DNA from: Candidatus Doudnabacteria bacterium RIFCSPHIGHO2_01_FULL_46_14 | GTDB lineage: Bacteria; Patescibacteriota; Doudnabacteria; UBA920; 2-01-FULL-46-14 | Length of the DNA stretch: 64,000 bases | Assembly: GCA_001779925.1 (NCBI GenBank) | Contig: MFEK01000016.1 | Span: forward strand, 142,504-206,503 | Direction: 5' to 3' | In this document: positions 37,706 through 45,339 of the stretch, piece by piece | How the letters are laid out: each line of letters begins with the position of its first letter | Numbering within the stretch: position 1 is the stretch's first letter | Program-made: the position numbers and the translations under genes | Notes under the pieces: generated by a model | What the model was told of the DNA's origin: nothing | The model's input: the letters and a program-made list of their open reading frames with translations, nothing else | Database searches by the model: none

Positions 37706-40700
37706 ATGTTTACCAAAAGCGCTGAATTTAAAGCGGTACAGGTCAAAATCGCCTCTAGCGAGCAGATTTTAAATTGGTCTTACGGCGAGGTTACCAAGCC
37801 GGAGACCATTAACTACCGTACCCAGCGTCCGGAAAAAGACGGTCTATTTGACGAGAAAATTTTTGGACCGGTACGCGATTGGGAGTGCTACTGTGGTAAA
37901 TATAAACGCATCCGCTACAAAGGCATTATTTGTGACAAATGCGGGGTTGAAGTCACTAGGGCGCAGGTTCGCCGCGAGCGCATGGGACATATCAAACTGG
38001 CCGTGCCGGTGGCGCACATTTGGTTTTTGCGCGGCGTGCCATCCAGGCTCGGTTTGACTTTAAATCTTTCTGTCCAGGAATTGGAAAAAGTTATTTATTT
38101 TGCCTCCTACGTTATTACCGAGGTTCGCGAAGACATCCGTACCGAAACCCTCGATCAGATTGAAAAAGAGTTTAAGATCAAAAAAAAGGAAATCGAAAGC
38201 AAATACGAAAAATTGATTGCCAAAGCTAGAACCGCCAAGCCTGCGGCCGGGCAGAATGCGGATGTTTTTGCCGCACAGATCGACACTGATCTTGCCAAGC
38301 TTCAGGAAAATCTCAAGCACGACATTTCCGCTCTGGAAAAAATCCGCGATTTGGCGCGTTCAGAGCTCAAATCCTTGAAAAAAATGCAGGTTATCTCAGA
38401 GTTGGAATATCGGGATTTGTCTCTGAAATACGGTCCGGTTTTCAAAGCCGGCATCGGCGCGGAAGCGATTTTCAATCTTGTTAAAAGCGTGGATATGGAA
38501 AAGCTCATTATTGAGCTTGAGGCCGAGGTGCTGAATACTGAAGGAGCGGCTTACCGCAAAGCCATAAAAAGGTTGAAACTGATAAAATCTTTGGTCAAAG
38601 GCGGTATGCGCCCCGAGTGGATGATGATTTCCAATTTGCCGGTTATCCCTCCGGATCTGCGGCCCATGGTCCAGCTCGACGGCGGCCGGTTTGCGGCTTC
38701 AGATCTCAATGATCTTTACCGCCGGGTCATAAACCGCAACAACCGTCTCAAGCGTCTTTTGGAAATAAATGCGCCTGAGGTCATCACTAGAAACGAAAAA
38801 CGCATGCTTCAGGAAGCGGTTGACGCGCTTATCGACAACTCGGTGCGGCACGGTAAAGAAGTAACGGCTTCTACTGGCCAGCGCCGCAAACTGCGTTCGC
38901 TTGCGGACATGCTCAAAGGCAAACAAGGCCGGTTCCGCCAAAACCTCTTGGGCAAGCGCGTGGATTATTCCGGGCGCAGTGTTATTGTGGTTGGACCAGA
39001 GCTCAAATTGCATCAGTGCGGCTTGCCGAAGCGCATGGCCTTGGAGCTTTTTAAACCGTTTGTTATTTCCAAACTCATCGCCCGCGAATTTGCGCATAAT
39101 GTACGCTCGGCAAACCGGCTCATTGAACAGGAACGGGCTGAAGTTTACGATATCCTGGAAGAAGTCACTAAGGATCACTATGTCCTCCTAAACCGCGCTC
39201 CTACCCTGCATCGTTTGGGTTTTCAGGCTTTCCAACCAGTGCTCATTGAAGGTAAAGCTATTCAGATCCACCCCATGGTTTGTCAGGCGTTTAATGCGGA
39301 TTTTGACGGCGACCAAATGGCTGTGCATGTGCCGCTGACCAGCCAGGCGCAGTTTGAAGCCAAAGAAATGATGTCCTCCTCCCGCAATTTGTTAAAACCG
39401 GCTTCCGGCGAACCGATCATGACCCCGGATAAAGACGTAGTGCTCGGCTGTTATTATATTACGAGGATGCAGGATGGACTTGTCGGCGAGGGTAAAATTT
39501 TTGCTGACCCGCAGGAAGCGATTCTTGCTGAAAAATCCGGAATTATTTCCATCAAAGCGAAGGTCAAGGTGAGAATGAATGGTAAAATCGTGGAAACATG
39601 CGTGGGCCGGATTTTGTTCAACCAGATTTTACCTGAGGAAATGCAGTTCTTAAACGAAGTCATGGACAAAAAGCGCTTGCGTAATGTTCTGCGCGAATGT
39701 TACCGCCAGTTTGGCACTGACCGGACCGCAGTGCTCATTGATGACATTAAGCAAATGGGGTTTGCCCACCTGACCGTTTCCGGCCTTTCCTGGGGCATGG
39801 ATGACCTCCAAGTCCCAGCCATGAAAAAGGGCCTTCTGGATAAAGCCGATGAAGAAGTGCAGCGTACCTATGACCAATACCGCGAAGGGCTTTTGACTGA
39901 ATCAGAGCGCTACAATCGAGTGGTAGAGATTTGGGCGGAGGTTAGAGACAAGGTTACAGACGAGGTCAGCCGTTCGCTTGATCAAAATGGCTCAGTGTTT
40001 TCCATGGTGTCCTCGGGCGCCAGAGGTTCTCTCTCTCAGGTTTCCCAGATGACAGGAATGAAGGGGCTCGTGGTTAACCCGGCCGGGGATGTTATTGAAC
40101 TGCCGGTCCGAGACAGCTTTAAAGAAGGCCTTTCGATTTTGGAATATTTTATTTCCACTCACGGCTCGCGAAAAGGCATGTCAGACACAGCTCTGCGTAC
40201 TGCGGATGCCGGATATTTGACACGCCGCCTCGTGGACGTTTCACAGGACGTTGTGGTAAACGAAGAAGACTGTGGCACCCGAGAGGGCGTTACCATTACC
40301 CGTAAGGAAACCGAAGAGGTTGGTAAAGGCCTTGGGGAAAGGATTTTCGGACGCGTTTTGGCAGTCGATATGGTAGATGAAAAGACCAAAAAAGCGGTAC
40401 TGAAGCGCGGCCAGGTTATAGATGATACTTTGGTTAAAACCGTAGATTCTGCAAATGTGAGCGAGGTGCTGGTGCGCTCGGTTATGAACTGCACGCTCAA
40501 ACGCGGCGTATGCGCGGCGTGTTACGGCTTTGATCTCGGGTTTAACAAAATGGTCAATCTCGGAGCCGCGGTTGGGATCGTGGCGGCGCAGGCCATTGGT
40601 GAACCAGGCACCCAGTTGACCATGAGAACTTTCCATACTGGTGGCGTAGCCGGGCTAGACATCACCCAAGGTCTGCCGCGCGTCGAGGAACTATTTGAAG

Positions 40701-41599
40701 CGCGCGATCCGAAAGGCCAGGCAGTCATTTCCGAAATAGATGGCATTGTTTACATTAGCCGACCTAACAGCAAAGAGATTATTTTGCGTGTGGATGCTGA
40801 GAATATCAAGAAAGATGAATACCTCCTGCCGACTGGCCAGGCTATCCAGCTGACGGAAGGCGAAAAGGTGAAAAAAGGCGAGCCGATCGCCATAGATGCA
40901 GATGGCAAGACCATGAAAGCCAAAGAATCGGGTATTGTGCGCATTGAAATGACAGAGGATGGGGGTAAAAAGATCGTGGTAGTTAGGGAGAATGAGAATT
41001 TCAACGAATACATTATTCCTTCCGCCATGCACCTTACTGTCAAAGACGGCGATCTGGTAATCCGCGGGCAGCAGCTTACTGAGGGAAACCTCAACCTGCA
41101 TCAGCTTATGCAGCTTCGAGGCACGCTGGAATGCCAAGCATATATAATCCGCGAGGTGCAAAAAATATATTCTTCCCAAGGCCAAAACATTGCTGACAAG
41201 CACGTGGAAATCATTGTCCGGCAAATGTTTTCCAAACTGCGCATTACGGATTCCGGGGATTCGGATTTCCTGGTCGGCGACGTTGTCGATCGCCTGCGCC
41301 TCGATGCGGTAAACGAACAGCTTGTCAGCCGCGGCGTAAAAAAAGCCGCTGCAGAACAGCTACTTATGGGGATTACCAAATCCTCGCTCAATACAGAATC
41401 ATTCCTCGCGGCCGCGTCTTTCCAGGAAACCACTCGCGTGTTAATAGAAGCTGCGGTGAGCGCGAAAACCGATTATCTGCGCGGCCTGAAGGAAAACGTG
41501 ATTATCGGCAAGCTCATCCCGGCCGGCACCGGTTTTTCCAAAGACCGCCTCATCGACCCCGGCGCCCTCGACGAAACTGTGATCAATACTGAAGAATAA
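37706..41599 (+). CDS. rpoC: DNA-directed RNA polymerase subunit beta'
   Basis: Zn-finger CYCGKYKRIRYKGIICDKCGVEV and catalytic NADFDGD. Confidence 0.95.
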   Translation: MFTKSAEFKAVQVKIASSEQILNWSYGEVTKPETINYRTQRPEKDGLFDEKIFGPVRDWECYCGKYKRIRYKGIICDKCGVEVTRAQVRRERMGHIKLAVPVAHIWFLRGVPSRLGLTLNLSVQELEKVIYFASYVITEVREDIRTETLDQIEKEFKIKKKEIESKYEKLIAKARTAKPAAGQNADVFAAQIDTDLAKLQENLKHDISALEKIRDLARSELKSLKKMQVISELEYRDLSLKYGPVFKAGIGAEAIFNLVKSVDMEKLIIELEAEVLNTEGAAYRKAIKRLKLIKSLVKGGMRPEWMMISNLPVIPPDLRPMVQLDGGRFAASDLNDLYRRVINRNNRLKRLLEINAPEVITRNEKRMLQEAVDALIDNSVRHGKEVTASTGQRRKLRSLADMLKGKQGRFRQNLLGKRVDYSGRSVIVVGPELKLHQCGLPKRMALELFKPFVISKLIAREFAHNVRSANRLIEQERAEVYDILEEVTKDHYVLLNRAPTLHRLGFQAFQPVLIEGKAIQIHPMVCQAFNADFDGDQMAVHVPLTSQAQFEAKEMMSSSRNLLKPASGEPIMTPDKDVVLGCYYITRMQDGLVGEGKIFADPQEAILAEKSGIISIKAKVKVRMNGKIVETCVGRILFNQILPEEMQFLNEVMDKKRLRNVLRECYRQFGTDRTAVLIDDIKQMGFAHLTVSGLSWGMDDLQVPAMKKGLLDKADEEVQRTYDQYREGLLTESERYNRVVEIWAEVRDKVTDEVSRSLDQNGSVFSMVSSGARGSLSQVSQMTGMKGLVVNPAGDVIELPVRDSFKEGLSILEYFISTHGSRKGMSDTALRTADAGYLTRRLVDVSQDVVVNEEDCGTREGVTITRKETEEVGKGLGERIFGRVLAVDMVDEKTKKAVLKRGQVIDDTLVKTVDSANVSEVLVRSVMNCTLKRGVCAACYGFDLGFNKMVNLGAAVGIVAAQAIGEPGTQLTMRTFHTGGVAGLDITQGLPRVEELFEARDPKGQAVISEIDGIVYISRPNSKEIILRVDAENIKKDEYLLPTGQAIQLTEGEKVKKGEPIAIDADGKTMKAKESGIVRIEMTEDGGKKIVVVRENENFNEYIIPSAMHLTVKDGDLVIRGQQLTEGNLNLHQLMQLRGTLECQAYIIREVQKIYSSQGQNIADKHVEIIVRQMFSKLRITDSGDSDFLVGDVVDRLRLDAVNEQLVSRGVKKAAAEQLLMGITKSSLNTESFLAAASFQETTRVLIEAAVSAKTDYLRGLKENVIIGKLIPAGTGFSKDRLIDPGALDETVINTEE

Positions 41600-41602
41600 T
41601 CA

Positions 41603-41632
41603 AATCCCCTCGCAAGAGGGGATTTTTTACGC
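41603..41632 (+). terminator. Rho-independent terminator after rpoC
   Basis: AAATCCCCTCgcaaGAGGGGATTTTTT. Confidence 0.75.
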
Positions 41633-41674
41633 AGGCTCTTGACAAAATGGTGAACAATCGTTTACCATAAAAAT

Positions 41675-42679
41675 ATGAAGAATCAAGAGAAACCAAAAGG
41701 TGAAATCATCATTTATAAGGCTGCGACCGGCCCAGAAATTCAAGTAAAACTTGAGAATGATACTGTTTGGCTGTCCCAAAAGCAAATAGCAGGTCTTTTT
41801 GGCACAGAGCGATCAGTTATTACAAAACACCTTAGAAATATCTTTAAAACCGCAGAATTAAGCCAAAATTCAGTATGTGCATTTTTTGCACATACTGCCG
41901 CGGATGGGAAAACTTATAAAACTCAATATTACAATTTGGACGCTGTTATATCTGTTGGCTATCGGGTCAATTCCAAGCTGGCTACAGAGTTTCGTATTTG
42001 GGCTACCCAACGGTTGCGCGACTATATCATCAAAGGGTTTGTTATAAACGAGAAACGTCTCCCAGAGGCGCATGTCACCAAGCTCAAAGAGCTTGAGACT
42101 GCCCACAAACTCATCCAGCAAGCTTTGGAATCCAAGCGTTCCAAGGGATATGAGCGGGAATTGCTGAACATCATTTCTGATTATGCCAATACCTGGTTTG
42201 TTTTGAATTTGTACGATGAACAGAAGCTGAAGATCGAAAATGTCACTGAGAAAAAGAGCAGAGGGTTGGTCTATGATGAAGTGCTCGGTAATATTAAAAA
42301 ATTCCGCGCTCGTCTACAGGCGCAAAAGCAAGCCACGGATTTGTTCGGGGTGGAGGTCAGCCACAAGCTGTCCTCGATCGTTGGCGGCATTGAGCAGACG
42401 TTCGGCGGCAAATCACTTTATAAGAGCCTGGAAGAGAAAGCCGCGCACCTGCTGTATTTCGTGATCAAAGACCACCCGTTTGTGGACGGCAATAAGCGTA
42501 TTGGCTCTTTGTTGTTTTTGCTGTACCTCATTCAAAACCACATGTTCTATAACCGCCGCGGCGAACGCAAAATCAATGACACGGCACTGGTTGCTTTGGC
42601 ATTGCTTATCGCCGAATCCAAACCCGAGCAAAAAGACATCATGGTAAAGCTTGTGGTAAATTTGATAAATAAGAAATAA
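41675..42679 (+). CDS. RhuM-like / Fic(DOC)-family protein
   Basis: N-terminal RhuM-type region. Canonical Fic motif HPFVDGNKRIG in the C-terminal half. Confidence 0.75.
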   Translation: MKNQEKPKGEIIIYKAATGPEIQVKLENDTVWLSQKQIAGLFGTERSVITKHLRNIFKTAELSQNSVCAFFAHTAADGKTYKTQYYNLDAVISVGYRVNSKLATEFRIWATQRLRDYIIKGFVINEKRLPEAHVTKLKELETAHKLIQQALESKRSKGYERELLNIISDYANTWFVLNLYDEQKLKIENVTEKKSRGLVYDEVLGNIKKFRARLQAQKQATDLFGVEVSHKLSSIVGGIEQTFGGKSLYKSLEEKAAHLLYFVIKDHPFVDGNKRIGSLLFLLYLIQNHMFYNRRGERKINDTALVALALLIAESKPEQKDIMVKLVVNLINKK

Positions 42680-42683
42680 ATTT

Positions 42684-42977
42684 ATGCTCAAATTTATTTT
42701 AGGAATCATAATCGGCGCGGTTATTGTCTGGTTTCTTTTTAAGAAGTCCGCGGCAGGCAAGGCTGTGAACCCAGAGCAGATCGAGGAGAAACAAAAGAAC
42801 CTGGAAAAGATAATGGACATGGCCCATGCCCGCGGCAAGGTTGCCAACGATGAAGTAGAAAAAGCCTTAGGCATTTCCGATCGGACCGCGACCAGGTATC
42901 TGGAGGAGCTCGAAAGCCAAGGCAAGATCCAGCAAGTCGGCCGTACTGGCAAATCCGTCACCTACCGCCCCCGCTAA
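42684..42977 (+). CDS. Small membrane-anchored wHTH protein, partner of the Fic gene
   Basis: N-terminal TM. C-terminal ISDRTATRYLEELESQGKIQQVGRTGKSVTYR wHTH. Starts 5 nt after the Fic stop. Confidence 0.5.
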   Translation: MLKFILGIIIGAVIVWFLFKKSAAGKAVNPEQIEEKQKNLEKIMDMAHARGKVANDEVEKALGISDRTATRYLEELESQGKIQQVGRTGKSVTYRPR

Positions 42978-43053
42978 ACCCGCCAACCGCACTTGGCGGG
43001 TTAAAGGTGGCCCAAAAGCCATCTTTCATTTTGGCCTATTTGCAAAAAAGCTG

Positions 43054-43082
43054 TTGACGGAAACGCTAAAACATGCGATAAT
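43054..43082 (+). promoter_or_regulatory. Sigma70-like promoter TTGACG-N17-GATAAT for the PpnP-like/rSAM operon
   Basis: Hexamers and spacing seen directly. Confidence 0.5.
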
Positions 43083-43162
43083 TGGGTGTCTTTTTCAATC
43101 CTGAAATTTGACGATACCCTAGCCACGGGCAGTGGTAATTTCAGTATGAATTTGGAGGATTC

Positions 43163-43465
43163 ATGGGACAAATTGGAAACGATCGAAAGATTGAGACCAA
43201 GAGCTTTTTTAAGGGCAAACTTCGGAGTGTCGGACCGATCGGTGCTGATGGATTGAAGCGTTATACGGTCGGCATATTTCTGCCGCGCCAATATGAGTTC
43301 ACAGCAGACACACGGGGCGAAACTATCGTCATCGTGGACGGAACCTGCACTATCAATGGTCAGGTGCTGAAAGCCGGCGAGAAGATTTTCATTTCCGGTG
43401 GCGAGAAGGTTGTAATCGAAGCCACGGAAACCTGCGCATACTTCTGCTGGTTCGGCCAGCGATAA
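43163..43465 (+). CDS. PpnP-like protein (DUF1255 cupin-fold pyrimidine/purine nucleoside phosphorylase family)
   Basis: Aligns along its length with E. coli YaiE/PpnP (FFKGKLRSVG...GVF..GEYxF.T...E...I.G.......AG..F........IEA.E...Y.C.F). RBS GGAGG. Confidence 0.65.
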   Translation: MGQIGNDRKIETKSFFKGKLRSVGPIGADGLKRYTVGIFLPRQYEFTADTRGETIVIVDGTCTINGQVLKAGEKIFISGGEKVVIEATETCAYFCWFGQR

Positions 43466-43497
43466 CAGTCCGGATATCAAACCGGAAAGGAGAAATC

Positions 43498-44967
43498 ATG
43501 AAAGTTGTTTTTGTTGAACATCCTTGTCCGGTTCTGCTCCTCGGCAACGAGCCTTGGAGTCCGGTCCGGACAAATACCTGGCCGCAAAGCCAAATGACGC
43601 TTGCGGCAGCGATCGCGAACGAACATGATGTTTCGATTCTCGATTTGCGTAGCCTGGAGTCACCAGCCGATTGGCGTCGACAAATCGGTCCAGAGTATTT
43701 GGAACCGATTCGCTACAGTGAATCCATTCTCCTTACCCGGCACCTTATAGGTGACTGCAAACGGATTTCGGATCATCCAGCCGACGCATTTGTTTTTACG
43801 GCGAATTTCACATCGGAAGCGAATGCGGTAGTAGAAGCAATTCGAACTGCGAAACTTAGCTGGCCTGAAGCGCTCATCCTCGTCGGAGGAAGCGACGCGA
43901 GTCCGGAAGAGAGGCATGCGTTTTATTTTAATGCAGGAGCTGATTACATCGGCGTCGGAGACGGGGATACAGCGTTGCCGGTATTTCTCGATCAAATCAA
44001 GAAAGGCCATCGTCCGAACGAGAGAATCATCAGGGGAGGCTCAGCTGGCGTTAACCTGTTAAACTCTAATTTCTCGTTAGTGCAAAAAGCACGATATGTG
44101 GAAAGCGGCGGCGGGCCAATTCATCCGGGCATTTTTCGAAATGGCGGATTTGCAGTTTACACAGAAATTTCCCGAGGTTGTTCTCGTGAATGCTGGTTCT
44201 GTTCGGCAAGAATGACTGATCTCTGGTCTCCGCCCATTGACGAGGTCCTGAAACATTTGGATCATATCATCGACAGCGGCTGTCGATTGCTTATGTTCAG
44301 TGATGACAATCTGCTACTGGCTCGCAAGACCGAAGAACTCGTAACGATTTTCAGGCATATCCGAGAAAGACGGATCGCCTGGGAATTTCCAAACGGTTTG
44401 GAAGTCGGACTACTGATTGATTCCAAGAGAGGAGGTTTCAGCAAAGAGTTGTTTGAAACGCTCTTCTGGAATTCTGAAAGTTTGTCATTCTTCGGTGCCC
44501 ACCGGTTGCTCGTACCAATTGAGGATGCGCTTTTGCACAGGAGCGCGCTCAGAAAGCTCAAAAACGTTCAAGTGCAGATACGCGGGTTGCTTGAGCGGTT
44601 GCTCGATACGGGGATTCCGTTTTTGAACCTCGCCATTATGATTGGCGGTGTTCAAGAATCGCGAGATGACCGCGAGCGCTTGGAAGATAGTCTGGAGTTG
44701 ATTAACAGATGGACCCATAGCTCAAAAACCCGAGTCAATTTTTCGATCTTCTGCACAAGCCCGCTCCCTGGGACAGGACTCGGAAGAGCCGCGCTGAAAT
44801 CAAAGAAGCGTCTCTCTCATAACATTGAGGAAGCCCCTGAACTCTGGACAGTCTTCGCTTCGATTCTCAACGGGGACAATTTCACTGCCGAGCAGACAAC
44901 ACAGTATCGGCGAAAATTGCTCCGACGTTTCCACATGTCACAAGATGAAGGCAAGGTCAGGTCATAA
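43498..44967 (+). CDS. B12-binding domain / radical SAM domain protein (class-B-like rSAM)
   Basis: N-terminal MKVVFVEHP... Rossmann-like B12-binding region. CxxxCxxC at SRGCSRECWFCS. RBS AAAGGAG. Confidence 0.75.
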   Translation: MKVVFVEHPCPVLLLGNEPWSPVRTNTWPQSQMTLAAAIANEHDVSILDLRSLESPADWRRQIGPEYLEPIRYSESILLTRHLIGDCKRISDHPADAFVFTANFTSEANAVVEAIRTAKLSWPEALILVGGSDASPEERHAFYFNAGADYIGVGDGDTALPVFLDQIKKGHRPNERIIRGGSAGVNLLNSNFSLVQKARYVESGGGPIHPGIFRNGGFAVYTEISRGCSRECWFCSARMTDLWSPPIDEVLKHLDHIIDSGCRLLMFSDDNLLLARKTEELVTIFRHIRERRIAWEFPNGLEVGLLIDSKRGGFSKELFETLFWNSESLSFFGAHRLLVPIEDALLHRSALRKLKNVQVQIRGLLERLLDTGIPFLNLAIMIGGVQESRDDRERLEDSLELINRWTHSSKTRVNFSIFCTSPLPGTGLGRAALKSKKRLSHNIEEAPELWTVFASILNGDNFTAEQTTQYRRKLLRRFHMSQDEGKVRS

Positions 44968-44981
44968 CCTGACAGCCATGC

Positions 44982-45012
44982 ATCAAAAGCTCGACGATTC
45001 GTTCGCCGAGCT
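44982..45012 (+). terminator. Rho-independent terminator after the rSAM gene
   Basis: AAGCTCGacgattcgttcgcCGAGCTT followed by TTTTTT. Confidence 0.6.
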
Positions 45013-45041
45013 TTTTTTATTCCAGCTTTTTTGAGTTTGGC

Positions 45042-45332
45042 CTATTTCACGAACAGTCCGGGGAGAGGGAGAAAAATTGGGAAAGTGATAAGGATAAACA
45101 CTGCGACCGCAATGGCCAAAGATTTACGATCGTTATGGCTCAATGCGAGTATTGCCGTTACTGCGCACATGAGCCAGCCGGCTAGTTGCGCGGCAATGAC
45201 TAGGATCCACAAAATGACCCCTGGCCCTCCATCTATAACCGGAGTATACCCTCCAAGCAAGAGATTGCCTGCGATATGGATAATGAATACAACGACTCCC
45301 GCTACGACAAGCCTTTTCTGTGTTTTGTTCAT
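45042..45332 (-). CDS. Small membrane protein (96 aa)
   Basis: Three TM helices. Ends 8 nt before the valS stop. Confidence 0.4.
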   Translation of the reverse strand: MNKTQKRLVVAGVVVFIIHIAGNLLLGGYTPVIDGGPGVILWILVIAAQLAGWLMCAVTAILALSHNDRKSLAIAVAVFILITFPIFLPLPGLFVK

Positions 45333-45339
45333 AGAAAAT

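Noticed and set aside
43001-43480. 159-aa minus-strand ORF
   Set aside because: It fully overlaps the plus-strand PpnP-like gene (43163-43465), which has clear family similarity and an RBS. The minus ORF has neither.
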